From an uncultured Oscillospiraceae bacterium (lineage in GTDB: Bacteria; Bacillota; Clostridia; Oscillospirales; Oscillospiraceae), in NCBI GenBank assembly GCA_934573855.1, contig CAKTMF010000009.1, positions 12,762-76,761 on the forward strand: a DNA stretch of 64,000 bases. The letters run 5' to 3'. Shown piece after piece: positions 28,590-38,880 of this stretch (position 1 is its first letter; every line of letters begins with the position of its first letter). The translations under genes were made by a program, and so were the position numbers. The notes beneath the pieces are model-generated. The model was not told the DNA's origin and did not search any database. It worked only from the letters and a program-made list of their open reading frames with translations.

Positions 28590-29390
28590 ATGAAGAAGTT
28601 AGTTTGTATCATACTTATACTTTGCCTCTGCGCGTCTCTGTGCGCCTGCGGAGGCGGGGGCTACGGCGTAAAGGTCGTGCAGACGCTCGTTGAGCAGGAC
28701 TATTCGCTCGCCTTCCGCAACGACGACCCGATATATTACTATGTGAAGGCCGCCATCGAAACGCTCAACGCCGAGGGCAAGGTCAGAGAACTCGCGTACA
28801 AGTGGCTGGGCGACGACCTCATCAAGTTCGACTCGAATCCCAACGCCCTCACGGAGCTGGGAATGCCGGAGCCGCAGGTGTTCGTCATCGGCGCGGACAT
28901 CAACTCCTTCCCCATGTCCTACATCACGAACGGCACGTTTTGGGGCTATGACATCGAGCTTGCCTATGCGGTCTGCGAAAAGCTGGGCTGGGAGCTTCAG
29001 ATACAGCAGATAGAGAAGGAGAACGTATATATCGAGCTTTCCTCCGGCAATATCGACTGCGCGTGGGGCGGCGTCGCGCTCAACGAGAAGGAGATCGAGA
29101 GCAAGCAGTACACGCAGTACGGTCCGTACATACACAACGATATCGTCGTCGCGGCGCGTGACAGCTCGCCGATATGGAACAAGCTCCAGCTAAACGGCAA
29201 GAACATGACCATGTGTTCTACGCCGGAGGCCAAGGAGGCGCTCAACTCCGACGAAAGGCTCGTTCACCGTCTCGGGCAGATAACGCGTCTCGCGGGAGGC
29301 ACCACCGAGTGCTTTGAGTATCTCTACTCCGGCCGCTGCGACGCGGTCCTGACCGACAGTACAGCCCTATACTACTTTAATTGCCATTAA
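28590..29390 (+). CDS. solute-binding lipoprotein (family-3 SBP, amino-acid ABC transporter type). Orphan: no adjacent permease or ATPase
   Basis: Lipobox LCLCASLCACGG and a two-lobe SBP_bac_3-like sequence. Confidence 0.6.
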   Translation: MKKLVCIILILCLCASLCACGGGGYGVKVVQTLVEQDYSLAFRNDDPIYYYVKAAIETLNAEGKVRELAYKWLGDDLIKFDSNPNALTELGMPEPQVFVIGADINSFPMSYITNGTFWGYDIELAYAVCEKLGWELQIQQIEKENVYIELSSGNIDCAWGGVALNEKEIESKQYTQYGPYIHNDIVVAARDSSPIWNKLQLNGKNMTMCSTPEAKEALNSDERLVHRLGQITRLAGGTTECFEYLYSGRCDAVLTDSTALYYFNCH

Positions 29391-29399
29391 TTACTGAGA

Positions 29400-29435
29400 G
29401 AGGTTATGTTTACTAAATTATGTAAACATAACCTC
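29400..29435. repeat. perfect 14-bp inverted repeat with an 8-nt loop: gaggTTATGTTTAC-taaattat-GTAAACATAAcctc. It contains one TTATGTTTAC and one TTATGTAAAC copy
   Basis: Seen directly. Lies 10 bp after the SBP stop codon. Confidence 0.9.
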
Positions 29436-29457
29436 TTTTACTGCAACTTACACGGTA

Positions 29458-29468
29458 TTATGTAAACC
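29458..29468 (+). repeat. TTATGTAAACC motif copy, about 50 bp upstream of the -35 of the methyltransferase promoter
   Basis: Exact core. Confidence 0.9.
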
Positions 29469-29512
29469 TGAATTTCCCCTCGGATATGAGCAAATTAATG
29501 GCGCTCTCACCG

Positions 29513-29541
29513 TTGACCTCAACGTGGTTTCGTGATAAAAT
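29513..29541 (+). promoter_or_regulatory. sigma-A promoter ttgacc-17-taaaat
   Basis: Hexamers and spacer seen directly. Upstream of the 29589 gene. Confidence 0.5.
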
Positions 29542-29588
29542 ACAATGTCTTATCATGGAATTGCTGTATCCGTCAGAGAGGTTAGAAT

Positions 29589-30449
29589 ATGTGGATTTCC
29601 GATAAATGGCAGGATTTTGAGCTTATAGACTGCTCAAGGGGCGAGAAGCTGGAGCGCTGGGGCAGCTATTATCTTGTCCGGCCCGACCCGCAGGCCATCT
29701 GGGACACGCCCAGGCGCAGCGCCCACTGGAACGACAGGGACGCTCGCTACCGCCGAAGCGAGACCGGCGGGGGCAGCTGGGACAAGGGTGCGCTTCCCGC
29801 AAACTGGCGGATACGCTACGGGGAACTCACCTTTAACGTAAAGCCCATGAACTTCAAGCACACCGGCCTTTTCCCTGAGCAGGCCGCGAACTGGGACTGG
29901 GCAATGGGCAGGATTCGCGCGGCGGGGAGACCCGTAAGCGTCCTGAATCTCTTCGGCTATACGGGCGCGGCGACCGTCGCCTGCGCCAAGGCGGGCGCTC
30001 AGGTCTGCCATGTAGACGCGGCAAAGGGAATGGTCTCCTGGGGCAAGGAGAACGCGGCCGCCTCCGGCCTTACCGAAGCGGCGATACGCTGGATAGTCGA
30101 CGACTGTGCGAAGTTCGTTGAACGCGAGATACGCCGCGGCCGCCGCTATGACGCCATCATCATGGACCCGCCGTCCTACGGCCGGGGACCCGGCGGCGAG
30201 ATATGGAAGCTCGAGCAGAACCTTTGGCCTTTCGTGTCGCTGTGTGCCGGGGTGCTGTCCGACGACCCGCTTTTTGTCATAATTAACTCCTACACCACCG
30301 GACTTTCCGCGTCGGTGCTGAGCTATGTGACCGAGAGCATATTCACTAAAAAATTCGGCGGCCGCTCCGAAAGTCAGGAGCTGGGGCTGCCCGTTACCGA
30401 CAGCGGGCTTTGCCTGCCGTGCGGCGCGACCTGCCGCTGGGAGCGCTGA
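29589..30449 (+). CDS. class I SAM-dependent methyltransferase (rRNA m5C methyltransferase RlmI/YccW-like core, no PUA domain)
   Basis: Rossmann motif LNLFGYTGAATV and DPPSY catalytic motif. Confidence 0.65.
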   Translation: MWISDKWQDFELIDCSRGEKLERWGSYYLVRPDPQAIWDTPRRSAHWNDRDARYRRSETGGGSWDKGALPANWRIRYGELTFNVKPMNFKHTGLFPEQAANWDWAMGRIRAAGRPVSVLNLFGYTGAATVACAKAGAQVCHVDAAKGMVSWGKENAAASGLTEAAIRWIVDDCAKFVEREIRRGRRYDAIIMDPPSYGRGPGGEIWKLEQNLWPFVSLCAGVLSDDPLFVIINSYTTGLSASVLSYVTESIFTKKFGGRSESQELGLPVTDSGLCLPCGATCRWER

Positions 30450-30491
30450 GACTCCTGCGCGGCCAGCCTTCAGAAAGTTTGATCTATACCG

Positions 30492-31349
30492 ATGAGTACG
30501 ATTATCAGTTTTAAAAACGTGCATTTCACATATCCGGGCGACGATGAGGAGAGCCTCTGCGGTATCGACCTTGATATAGAAGAGGGGAGCTTTGTGGCGG
30601 TCCTCGGACATAACGGCTCGGGCAAATCCACCCTTGCAAAGCACATGAACGCAATACTTGTCCCCGACGAGGGGAGCGTCACCGTCGCGGGCTTTGATAC
30701 CTCACGCGAGGAGGATCTCCTTGACGTGCGGCGGAGCGTCGGCATGGTGTTTCAAAATCCCGACAACCAGATAGTCGCAAACGTGGTGGAGGACGACGTG
30801 GCCTTCGCACCCGAAAATCTGGGCGTCGCGCCCGGCGAGATACGCGAGCGCGTCGACAGGGCGCTTCAGGTCGTCGGCATGTACGAGCTGAGGCAGCACG
30901 CGCCCCATCTCCTCTCCGGCGGACAGAAGCAGCGCGTGGCCATAGCTGGGGTCATCGCCATGGAGCCGAAGATAATCGCCCTTGACGAGCCGACCGCAAT
31001 GCTTGACCCCGTGGGCCGGCAGGAGGTCATCACGACCGTCACGCGCCTCTGCCGGGAAAAGGGCATGACGGTGGTGCTGATAACCCACCACATGGACGAA
31101 TGCGTGGGTGCCGACAGGCTCATCGTCATGTCAAACGGCCGCATTGCCGCCGACGGCACGCCCGCCGAGGTCTTTTCTCAGGTCGCGCTCATGGAGCGCG
31201 AGGGGCTGTCCGTCCCGGAGACCACGAGGCTTATCTACGATCTGAACTCCGCCGGCTTTGAGCTGCCGCTCTCCGCGCTCGGCGTGGAGGAGTGCGCACA
31301 GGCGATATGCAAATACATCAACAGGAAGAAAGAAAAATGTCAGAAATAA
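30492..31349 (+). CDS. ecfA1: energy-coupling factor transporter ATPase
   Basis: GHNGSGKST Walker A, LSGGQKQRVAIAG signature, EcfA-type C-terminal helix. Confidence 0.85.
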   Translation: MSTIISFKNVHFTYPGDDEESLCGIDLDIEEGSFVAVLGHNGSGKSTLAKHMNAILVPDEGSVTVAGFDTSREEDLLDVRRSVGMVFQNPDNQIVANVVEDDVAFAPENLGVAPGEIRERVDRALQVVGMYELRQHAPHLLSGGQKQRVAIAGVIAMEPKIIALDEPTAMLDPVGRQEVITTVTRLCREKGMTVVLITHHMDECVGADRLIVMSNGRIAADGTPAEVFSQVALMEREGLSVPETTRLIYDLNSAGFELPLSALGVEECAQAICKYINRKKEKCQK

Positions 31350-32197
31350 AGGCGGAAAACCTGCGCCATGTATACAGCGCAGGGACACCCTTTGAAAAAG
31401 TCGCCATAGACGATATAAATGTAACGATACCTCAGGGACAGATGGTAGGGATCATAGGACACACCGGCTCCGGCAAGTCCACCTTTATCCAGCATCTCAA
31501 CGCTCTTCTGCAGCCCTCGTCCGGCAGAGTATTCTGCGGCGGACAGGACATAAACGCGGATAAGATATCCCGCCGTGACGTAAAATGGAAAGTGGGTTTG
31601 GTGTTCCAGTACCCGGAATATCAGCTTTTTGAGGAGACGGTCTATAAGGACATCGCCTTCGGGCCGCGCAACATGAAGCTCGGCGAGGAGGAGATCGATC
31701 GGCGCGTGCGCGAGGCGGCGAGCTTTGTCGGCGTGGATGAGGAGCTTTTCGAGTCCTCGCCTCTGGAACTATCCGGCGGACAAAAGCGTCGTATAGCCAT
31801 AGCCGGAGTCATCGCCATGCGGCCCGAGGTGCTGATACTTGACGAGCCGACCGCGGGCCTCGACCCGGCAGGCTGTGAGCAGATACTTGAAAATATCTGC
31901 GACTACCGCGAAAAGACCGGCGCTACGGTCCTGATAGTCAGCCACAATATGGACGACGTCGCGCGCCTGAGCGAGCGAATAATCGTTTTTGACCACGGCA
32001 AAATAGCTATGGACGGCACGCCGGAGGAGATATTCTCACAGCCGGAAAGGCTCATCTCCATGGGACTTACCGTGCCTCATTCAACGGCCGTCGCGATGGA
32101 GCTTCGGCGGCTCGGTCTTGAGCTGCCGGGGGCCGTCTATACCCACGAAAAGCTTCTTTCGGCGGTGATCCGAGCCGGGGAGGTGGGCAAATGCTGA
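31337..32197 (+). CDS. ecfA2: energy-coupling factor transporter ATPase
   Basis: GHTGSGKST, LSGGQKRRIAIAG, overlaps ecfA1. Confidence 0.85.
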   Translation: MSEIKAENLRHVYSAGTPFEKVAIDDINVTIPQGQMVGIIGHTGSGKSTFIQHLNALLQPSSGRVFCGGQDINADKISRRDVKWKVGLVFQYPEYQLFEETVYKDIAFGPRNMKLGEEEIDRRVREAASFVGVDEELFESSPLELSGGQKRRIAIAGVIAMRPEVLILDEPTAGLDPAGCEQILENICDYREKTGATVLIVSHNMDDVARLSERIIVFDHGKIAMDGTPEEIFSQPERLISMGLTVPHSTAVAMELRRLGLELPGAVYTHEKLLSAVIRAGEVGKC

Positions 32198-32988
32198 AGG
32201 ATGTCACTCTCGGCCAGTTTTTCCCGGGCGACACGATAGTCCACCGTCTCGACCCCCGCACGAAGCTCATACTCGTCATCGCGTACATCGCCGCGCTCTT
32301 TCAGGCGCGCGGCTGGGTGTCCTATGGCGCGGTGTGCGCCGTGACGGCGGCGTGCATGCTTCTCTCGCACATCGGCTTGAAGAATATCTTCAAGGGCCTC
32401 AGACCCATGCTCCTCATCATTATCCTCACCGCGGCGCTGAACATCTTCTACACCGCGGGTACGCCGGTCATCCCCGGCTGGATAATAACATGGGAGGGCA
32501 TAGAGAGAGCCGTGCAGATGGTGCTGCGCATAATGCTCCTCATCACCGGCACGTTCCTCCTCACCTACACCACGAGTCCTATCGCGCTAACCGACGGACT
32601 CGAGCTCCTGATGGAGCCGCTGAAAAAGATCAGAGTCCCCGTCCATGAGATAACCATGATGATGAGCATGGCGCTTCGCTTCATCCCCACGCTCATCGAG
32701 GAGACAGACAAGATCATGTCCGCGCAGAAGGCAAGAGGCGCCGATTTTGAAACCGGCAGCCTTATCGACCGGGCCAAGGCGCTTTTACCGGTGCTGGTGC
32801 CGCTGTTCGTCTCGGCGTTCAGACGCGCAGACGAGCTTGCCGTCGCCATGGAGAGCCGCTGCTATCACGGCGGCGAGGGGCGCACGCGCATGAAGCAGCT
32901 GCGCATGGAGCGGCGCGATCATGCGGCGTTTGCGCTGGGCGCGATCTTCCTCGCGGGAATGATAGTAATGAAAAAATTCGGTATTTAA
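32191..32988 (+). CDS. ecfT: energy-coupling factor transporter transmembrane protein EcfT
   Basis: CbiQ/EcfT family, 5 TM helices, conserved Ala-Arg-Gly motifs (ARGA). Confidence 0.85.
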   Translation: MLKDVTLGQFFPGDTIVHRLDPRTKLILVIAYIAALFQARGWVSYGAVCAVTAACMLLSHIGLKNIFKGLRPMLLIIILTAALNIFYTAGTPVIPGWIITWEGIERAVQMVLRIMLLITGTFLLTYTTSPIALTDGLELLMEPLKKIRVPVHEITMMMSMALRFIPTLIEETDKIMSAQKARGADFETGSLIDRAKALLPVLVPLFVSAFRRADELAVAMESRCYHGGEGRTRMKQLRMERRDHAAFALGAIFLAGMIVMKKFGI

Positions 32989-32995
32989 GGCGCTT

Positions 32996-33763
32996 ATGAG
33001 AAACATTGCCATTCGCTTGAAATACGACGGCAGCCGCTACCACGGCTGGCAGGTGCAGAAGAATGACATCACCGTTGCCAAGACCGTGGAGGAGGCGCTC
33101 GCGAAGGTCTGCGAGGAGCCGGTGCGGGTCATCGGCTGCGGCAGGACGGACGCGGGGGTCCACGCGCTGCGCTACTGCGCGAACTTCCGCTCGGACACGC
33201 GCATACCCATCGCACGCCTCCCGCTCGCGGTCAACTCAAGACTGCCGGAGGATATCGCGGTAGTCGACGCGGTGGAGGTGCCGGAGGACTTCAACGCCAT
33301 CGGCTCCTGCATAAAAAAGGAGTACATTTACAAAATACTAAACTCCAATATCCGTGACCCCTTCCTCGAAAAGCGCGTCTGCTTCTATCCCCAGCACCTC
33401 GATATGGAGCTTATGGAGCGGGCGGCAAGGGCCTTTGAGGGAACGCACGACTTCCGCGCCGTCCGCAGCGAGGGGACGCAGACCAAGACCACTGTGCGCA
33501 CCGTCCACTGGTGCAGTGTGGAGAAGAGCGGCGACGTCATCACCGTCTCCGTCTGCGCCGACGGCTTCCTTTATAACATGTGCCGCGCCATTGTCGGCAC
33601 GCTGGTCTATGCCTCCTACGGCAAGCTCCTGCCGGAGGATATCCCGCTTCTTCTCGAAAGGGGGGACCGGCGGCTCACCGGCCCGACCATGCCGCCGCAG
33701 GGACTCTACCTCAACCGCGTCTGGTACGGCGGAGAGGCCGGGAAAATGATGGAAAAAGACTGA
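32996..33763 (+). CDS. truA: tRNA pseudouridine(38-40) synthase
   Basis: YDGSRYHGWQVQ and catalytic RTDAGVHA motif. Conserved ecfAA'T-truA order. Confidence 0.9.
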   Translation: MRNIAIRLKYDGSRYHGWQVQKNDITVAKTVEEALAKVCEEPVRVIGCGRTDAGVHALRYCANFRSDTRIPIARLPLAVNSRLPEDIAVVDAVEVPEDFNAIGSCIKKEYIYKILNSNIRDPFLEKRVCFYPQHLDMELMERAARAFEGTHDFRAVRSEGTQTKTTVRTVHWCSVEKSGDVITVSVCADGFLYNMCRAIVGTLVYASYGKLLPEDIPLLLERGDRRLTGPTMPPQGLYLNRVWYGGEAGKMMEKD

Positions 33764-33863
33764 CGCACCTGTGCAAAAGCAGTATTTCCCATGCCGCCGA
33801 TATATATTTGTTAACAAATACGTGATATAATATATCGTACAAAGCTAAAAGGATGAGTTACAT

Positions 33864-34580
33864 ATGAAAGCTGCCATCGACATTGTTCTACTGATAATAA
33901 TCGCTCTGTGTACATGGGGCGGATACAAGCGCGGGCTTGTGGGCGGCATAGCCGGGATACTCGCGATAATTATCGCGATCTTCGGCGGCAGCCTCCTGTC
34001 CAACACCTACTCGGGCGAGGTCATCCCCGCGCTTGAGCCGTTCGTCAACGGCTATATGGATTCCGAAACGAACCGTGAGGCGACCCTTGAGAAGCTGGGC
34101 TACGCGGACAGCGAGCTTTCGCTGGACGATATCCTCAGCAGCGACCCCTCTCTGCGCTATGACTACGCCTACGAGGCCGTAGCAGGCGTCGGCTTTTACC
34201 GCGACCGCGCAGAGGAAGCGGCGGAGAAGGCCGTCAAGCTCTCCGAGGCGAAGAATATCGACATGACAAGCGCGATAGTGTCCGTGCTGTGCAGCACGAT
34301 CACCTATGTGGCGGGGCTGTGCGTGGCGTTCCTGATGATACTCATTCTCCTGATAGCCTTGGGAAACATCGGCAATATGTCCTTCCGGCTCCCGAATATG
34401 GAAACGCTCGACGAGGTCGGCGGCGCGCTGCTGGGCTTTATAAAGGGCTTTATCTACTGCACGCTTCTGTGCTGGCTCCTCAGCTTTTTCGGGATAGTTA
34501 TCGGCAGGGAGACCCTCGAGAACACCACTCTCGCCAGATTTTTCCTTGTCTTTCGGTTCATTACCGAAAATCTAATTTAA
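33864..34580 (+). CDS. CvpA family membrane protein
   Basis: Four TM helices with a CvpA-like N-terminus. Extended -10 (cgTGaTATAAT) upstream. Confidence 0.6.
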   Translation: MKAAIDIVLLIIIALCTWGGYKRGLVGGIAGILAIIIAIFGGSLLSNTYSGEVIPALEPFVNGYMDSETNREATLEKLGYADSELSLDDILSSDPSLRYDYAYEAVAGVGFYRDRAEEAAEKAVKLSEAKNIDMTSAIVSVLCSTITYVAGLCVAFLMILILLIALGNIGNMSFRLPNMETLDEVGGALLGFIKGFIYCTLLCWLLSFFGIVIGRETLENTTLARFFLVFRFITENLI

Positions 34581-34595
34581 TTTCAAGAGGTATAT

Positions 34596-36935
34596 ATGCA
34601 GCCTACAATGTGTTCACGCTGCGGTAAAAACGTAGCCGTGATCTTCATAACGAGGATCGAAGCGGGCCAGACAAAGAACGAAGGCCTGTGTCTCAAATGC
34701 GCCCGCGAGCTTCACATTAAGCCCGTGGACGACGTGATAAATAAAATGGGCATTTCGGACGAGGACCTTGACAGCCTTTCCGGCGACATGATGAACGCGC
34801 TCTCCGGCGTCGAGGATATCATGCCCACCGACGAGGACGAGAGTGAGGACGACGACGGCAAGACCGCGACCTTTCCCTTCCTCAACAGGCTCTTCGGCGG
34901 TCCCGCCGCAGCAGGCGGCGCCCAGAATGAAAATCAGGAGCGGCCGAAGAACGACGCTCCCGGCACTGCCCCGGCCGCGCCCAAGACGCCCAAGCGCAAG
35001 TATCTTGACAACTACTGCATTGACCTGACGGCGCGCGCCAAGGCCGGTAAGCTCGACAGCATGATCGGCCGTGAGGAGGAGCTTGAGCGGGTCATACAGA
35101 TACTCAACCGCCGCCAGAAAAATAACCCCTGCCTCATCGGCGAGCCGGGCGTCGGCAAGACCGCCATCGCCGAGGGGCTTGCCCAGCGTATCGCCATGGG
35201 CAATGTTCCCTATAAGCTTCAGGATAAGCAGGTATTTCTCCTTGACCTCACCGCGCTCGTGGCCGGGACGCAGTTCCGCGGCCAGTTCGAGAGCCGCATG
35301 AAGGGCCTCATCGAGGAGATACGCAAGCAGGGGAACGTCATCCTCGTTATCGACGAGGTGCATAATATAGTCGGCGCAGGCGACGCCGAGGGCAGCATGA
35401 ACGCTGCCAATATTCTCAAGCCTGCTCTTTCAAGGGGAGAGATACAGGTCATCGGCGCCACCACCTTTGCCGAGTACAGGAAGCATATCGAAAAGGACTC
35501 CGCACTCGAGCGCCGCTTCCAGCCCGTCACCGTCGGCGAGCCGTCCATTGACGACAGCATAAAGATCATCCGCGGCATTGCCCACTACTACGAGGATTAC
35601 CATCAGGTACACATCTCCGACGAGATGTGCCGTCAGGCTGTCCTGATGTCCGAGCGCTATATCACCGACCGCTTTCTCCCCGACAAGGCCATCGACCTCA
35701 TCGACGAGGCCTGCTCCGACGTCAATCTCAAGGACTCCGGGATCACCCGCCGCATGGAGGCGGAGCGGGATCTTGAAAACGTATGCTTCGAGCGGGAGGT
35801 GCTCATGTCCGACGGCGGGTCTGCGGGGACCGAGCTTACCGAGGAGCAGCTCGACATGCGCTATGCCCGTATCGCCGAGCTTCGCAGCAAGGAAATACAG
35901 CTGCGCTCCGAGATAGACCAGCTCAAGGCCAAGGGCCGGCCGGAGCTTACGCAGGATAACCTCGCCCGCATTATCGAGCTGTGGACCAAGATCCCCGCTT
36001 CCACCATCTGTCAGGATGAATTTGACCGTCTCGCGAGGCTTGACGAACGCCTCAAGACCCACATCGTCGGGCAGGACGAGGCGGTGGAGGCCGTCTGCGC
36101 CGCCATCAAGCGCAGCCGCGTCGGACTCAAGACCAAGCGCAAGCCCGTGAGCTTTATCTTTGTGGGCGGCACGGGCGTTGGCAAGACGGAGCTTGTAAAG
36201 CGCCTTGCCGCCGACATGTTCGACTCGCCCGAATCACTCATTCGCCTTGACATGTCCGAGTTTATGGAGAAATTCTCCGTCTCGCGCATAATCGGCTCGC
36301 CTCCGGGCTATGTCGGCTATGACGAGGCCGGTCAGCTCACCGAGAAGATACGCCGTAAGCCCTACTCGGTCGTGCTTTTTGACGAGATAGAAAAGGCTCA
36401 TCCCGACGTGATGAACATTCTCCTTCAGATACTTGACGACGGCCGCATCACCGACGCTCAGGGCAGAGTCGTGAACTTCGAAAACACCGTCATCGTCATG
36501 ACCACCAACGCCGGCAGCAACAGCAAGTCCGGCAGCGTGGGCTTCGGCGGCTCTCTCGGCGACATGAGCCGTGAGCGCACCATGAAGGCGCTCAACGAAT
36601 TTCTCCGCCCAGAGTTTATAAACCGCGTGGATGAGGTCATCTGCTTCAACCAGCTGACCGAGGAGAATTTCCGCGCCATCGCCGCCATCATGCTCGGCGA
36701 GGTGAGGGACGCCATGGCCGAGCGGAACATCACCGTTGCGTGGGACGAGAGCGTCATTGACCATCTTGTCAGGGAAGCCTATTCCGTCACCTACGGCGCG
36801 CGTAATCTCCGCCGCACCATCCAGAAGCAGATCGAGGACGAGATAGCCTCTCAAATCGTTGACAGGCACGGAGAAAATATTAGTTATGTAAACCTCTCTG
36901 CCGCCGACGGAAAGATAAAGGTAGAAATAAACTGA
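34596..36935 (+). CDS. Clp/Hsp100 double-AAA+ ATPase (ClpA/ClpC class) with an N-terminal ClpX-type C4 zinc ribbon instead of Clp_N repeats
   Basis: CSRCGK...CLKCAREL zinc ribbon. An acidic linker. D1 [17 protein letters not shown] short middle region. D2 [19 protein letters not shown] ClpP-docking loop (SGSVGFGG). Confidence 0.8.
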   Translation: MQPTMCSRCGKNVAVIFITRIEAGQTKNEGLCLKCARELHIKPVDDVINKMGISDEDLDSLSGDMMNALSGVEDIMPTDEDESEDDDGKTATFPFLNRLFGGPAAAGGAQNENQERPKNDAPGTAPAAPKTPKRKYLDNYCIDLTARAKAGKLDSMIGREEELERVIQILNRRQKNNPCLIGEPGVGKTAIAEGLAQRIAMGNVPYKLQDKQVFLLDLTALVAGTQFRGQFESRMKGLIEEIRKQGNVILVIDEVHNIVGAGDAEGSMNAANILKPALSRGEIQVIGATTFAEYRKHIEKDSALERRFQPVTVGEPSIDDSIKIIRGIAHYYEDYHQVHISDEMCRQAVLMSERYITDRFLPDKAIDLIDEACSDVNLKDSGITRRMEAERDLENVCFEREVLMSDGGSAGTELTEEQLDMRYARIAELRSKEIQLRSEIDQLKAKGRPELTQDNLARIIELWTKIPASTICQDEFDRLARLDERLKTHIVGQDEAVEAVCAAIKRSRVGLKTKRKPVSFIFVGGTGVGKTELVKRLAADMFDSPESLIRLDMSEFMEKFSVSRIIGSPPGYVGYDEAGQLTEKIRRKPYSVVLFDEIEKAHPDVMNILLQILDDGRITDAQGRVVNFENTVIVMTTNAGSNSKSGSVGFGGSLGDMSRERTMKALNEFLRPEFINRVDEVICFNQLTEENFRAIAAIMLGEVRDAMAERNITVAWDESVIDHLVREAYSVTYGARNLRRTIQKQIEDEIASQIVDRHGENISYVNLSAADGKIKVEIN
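36884..36894 (+). repeat. TTATGTAAACC motif copy inside the 3' end of the Clp ATPase gene (encodes S-Y-V-N-L)
   Basis: Exact core. Confidence 0.9.
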
Positions 36936-36947
36936 CGGAGGATAGCT

Positions 36948-37463
36948 ATGGGAAAGCTTGAGATAGTTCTTGGCGACATCACGAAGCAGCACGCCGACGC
37001 CATAGTCAACGCCGCGAACTGCTCGCTCCTCGGGGGCGGCGGAGTCGACGGTGCGATACACCGCGCAGCGGGACCGGAGCTGCTGGAGGAGTGCCGCACC
37101 CTTAACGGCTGCCGCACCGGAGAGGCCAAGATAACCAAGGGTTACCGCCTCCCGGCAAAGTATGTTATCCACACTCCCGGCCCGGTATGGCACGGCGGCG
37201 GACATAACGAGGCGGAGCTTCTCGCCTCCTGCTACCGCTCCTGCCTGACGCTCGCGTCGGAGTACGGCTGCAAAACGGTGGATTTCCCCTCCATAAGCAC
37301 AGGTGTGTACCATTTTCCGCTTGCCAAGGCGGCGGAGATAGCCGTGAAAACGATCACCGGATACCTCGCGCAGCACCCTGAGATCGAGCGCGTGCGTATG
37401 GTCTGCTTCAATGAGCAGACTGCCGTTCACTATGAAAAGGCGCTCCGGGACTGCGGGGGCTGA
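36948..37463 (+). CDS. macro domain protein (O-acetyl-ADP-ribose deacetylase, YmdB/MacroD-like)
   Basis: [24 protein letters not shown] macro-domain signature. Confidence 0.8.
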   Translation: MGKLEIVLGDITKQHADAIVNAANCSLLGGGGVDGAIHRAAGPELLEECRTLNGCRTGEAKITKGYRLPAKYVIHTPGPVWHGGGHNEAELLASCYRSCLTLASEYGCKTVDFPSISTGVYHFPLAKAAEIAVKTITGYLAQHPEIERVRMVCFNEQTAVHYEKALRDCGG

Positions 37464-37465
37464 CA

Positions 37466-38032
37466 GTGAGAAAAGGCAGCATAAGATTTCAGTACAATTC
37501 ACCGGTCGTCCTTACCTTTGCGCTGCTCGCGCTCGGTACGCTCCTGCTGCAGAAGCTTTCGGGCGGCTGGACGACGATGAAGTTTTTCAGCGTCTACCGC
37601 TCCTCGCTGGCAGACTTCTGGACTTATCCGCGCTTCGTCCTCCATGTCCTCGGCCACACCGGCTATTCCCACTACATAGGCAACATGATGATGATACTCG
37701 TCGTGGGGCCTCCGCTCGAGGAGAAGTACGGCAGCCGCAGTCTGCTCCTCGCGATATTCCTGACGGCGCTGATCTCCGGCATGGTGCAGTGGCTTTTCTT
37801 CCCCGGCACCGCGCTGCTGGGCGCGTCGGGGATAGTGTTCATGATGATAGTCATGTCCTCCCTCTCCGGCATGAAGGAGGGCTGCATTCCGATAACCCTC
37901 ATCCTTGTTCTCGTGCTGTATGTGGGCAGGGAAGTGGTCGACGGCGTTGTACTCAGCGACAATGTCTCCCAGCTCACCCACATCATCGGCGGGCTGTGCG
38001 GGGCGCTGTTCGGGCTGAGCGTGCGGAGGTAG
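37466..38032 (+). CDS. rhomboid family intramembrane serine protease
   Basis: GASGIVF GxSG motif and catalytic His in THIIGGLCGALFG. 6 TM helices. GTG start. Confidence 0.7.
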   Translation: MRKGSIRFQYNSPVVLTFALLALGTLLLQKLSGGWTTMKFFSVYRSSLADFWTYPRFVLHVLGHTGYSHYIGNMMMILVVGPPLEEKYGSRSLLLAIFLTALISGMVQWLFFPGTALLGASGIVFMMIVMSSLSGMKEGCIPITLILVLVLYVGREVVDGVVLSDNVSQLTHIIGGLCGALFGLSVRR

Positions 38033-38036
38033 CGCG

Positions 38037-38483
38037 ATGGAGAGACTTCTTATCAGCGCCTGCCTCATCGGGGCCGACTGCAAGTATTCCGGCGGCAATA
38101 ACGCGCTGGACGGCGGGACGCTTCGCGCGCTTCGGGAGCGCTACGAGCTTGTACCGGTCTGCCCCGAGTTTGCCGGTGGCCTTCCCACTCCGAGAGATCC
38201 CAGCGAGCGTCTGAACGGCAGGGTCGTGAGCTGCAACGGGCGCGACGTGACGCGTGAGTACGAACGCGGCGCGGATCTGGCTCTTGAGCTTGCGAGGCGA
38301 TTTGACTGTCATAAAGCGCTCATGAAGGAGCGCAGCCCCTCCTGCGGCAGCGGCGAGATATATGACGGAAGCTTCAGCGGAACGGTCATAAGCGGTTATG
38401 GCACCGCGGCGGAGAAGCTCCGTGCCGCCGGCGTGGAGGTCATCGGCGAGAGCAGGGTGTACTGCCTCATCCGGAACTTATAA
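38037..38483 (+). CDS. DUF523 (YbbK-like) domain protein
   Basis: Conserved Cys-rich DUF523 core (ISACLIGADCKYSGG...CPE...SPSCGS). Confidence 0.65.
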   Translation: MERLLISACLIGADCKYSGGNNALDGGTLRALRERYELVPVCPEFAGGLPTPRDPSERLNGRVVSCNGRDVTREYERGADLALELARRFDCHKALMKERSPSCGSGEIYDGSFSGTVISGYGTAAEKLRAAGVEVIGESRVYCLIRNL

Positions 38484-38496
38484 ACGAATAACAGCA

Positions 38497-38524
38497 GCCG
38501 GGCGGCCGTAGGCCGCCCGGTTTT
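38497..38524 (+). terminator. rho-independent terminator (gccgggcggcc-gta-ggccgcccgg + tttt)
   Basis: Perfect GC stem and T-run after the DUF523 gene. Confidence 0.65.
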
Positions 38525-38737
38525 CTACCTTGCGATCACGAGTGAAGCGGGAGTGATGAAAAGCCCCCTATCGGAGGAGCCATCAGGCTGACTGAGGGAG
38601 TGTGTCGGAATGAGAAGGTCTCTCTCCGTTAAATCCTGCGGTTTTGCCGCCTCCCCCGTCGGAGGGCGGCAAAAAGACGGTGTCGCACGGAAAAAAGATT
38701 TTCGCACGGGAGGAGCAAGCCCAGTCCCTACGAAGGG

Positions 38738-38772
38738 AAGAAAAGAAAAAATCTTTCCTATTGGAAAGATTT
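38738..38772 (-). terminator. minus-strand rho-independent terminator (aaatctttcc-tatt-ggaaagattt followed on the minus strand by ttttttctttt)
   Basis: Perfect 10-bp stem. It ends the 3' UTR of the 38886..39428 gene, or of an unannotated small RNA. Confidence 0.5.
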
Positions 38773-38787
38773 CCAAAGTGAATTTGC

Positions 38788-38880
38788 ATTATGTGAATTA
38801 CAATATGTAAACCAAATTATGAAAATAAAAATATGTAAACCAAAACTTCCCGGACGGGATCCTGTTCTGGTTTACATAAT
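38788..38880. repeat. motif cluster: ATTATGTGAA (38788), TATGTAAACC (38804), TATGTAAACC (38832, 27 bp after the previous copy), and inverted GGTTTACATAAT (38869-38880). The last two pair into an imperfect hairpin of about 15 bp around a cccg-gac-ggg mini-hairpin
   Basis: Direct reading of the convergent intergenic region. Confidence 0.9.

Noticed and set aside
38610-38810. Small ORFs in the DUF523/dif spacer (38610..38810 plus-strand 66 aa, 38525..38776 minus-strand 83 aa)
   Set aside because: They overlap terminator hairpins and motif copies, have no RBS, and have a biased basic composition. The region is better explained as structured non-coding RNA or UTR.
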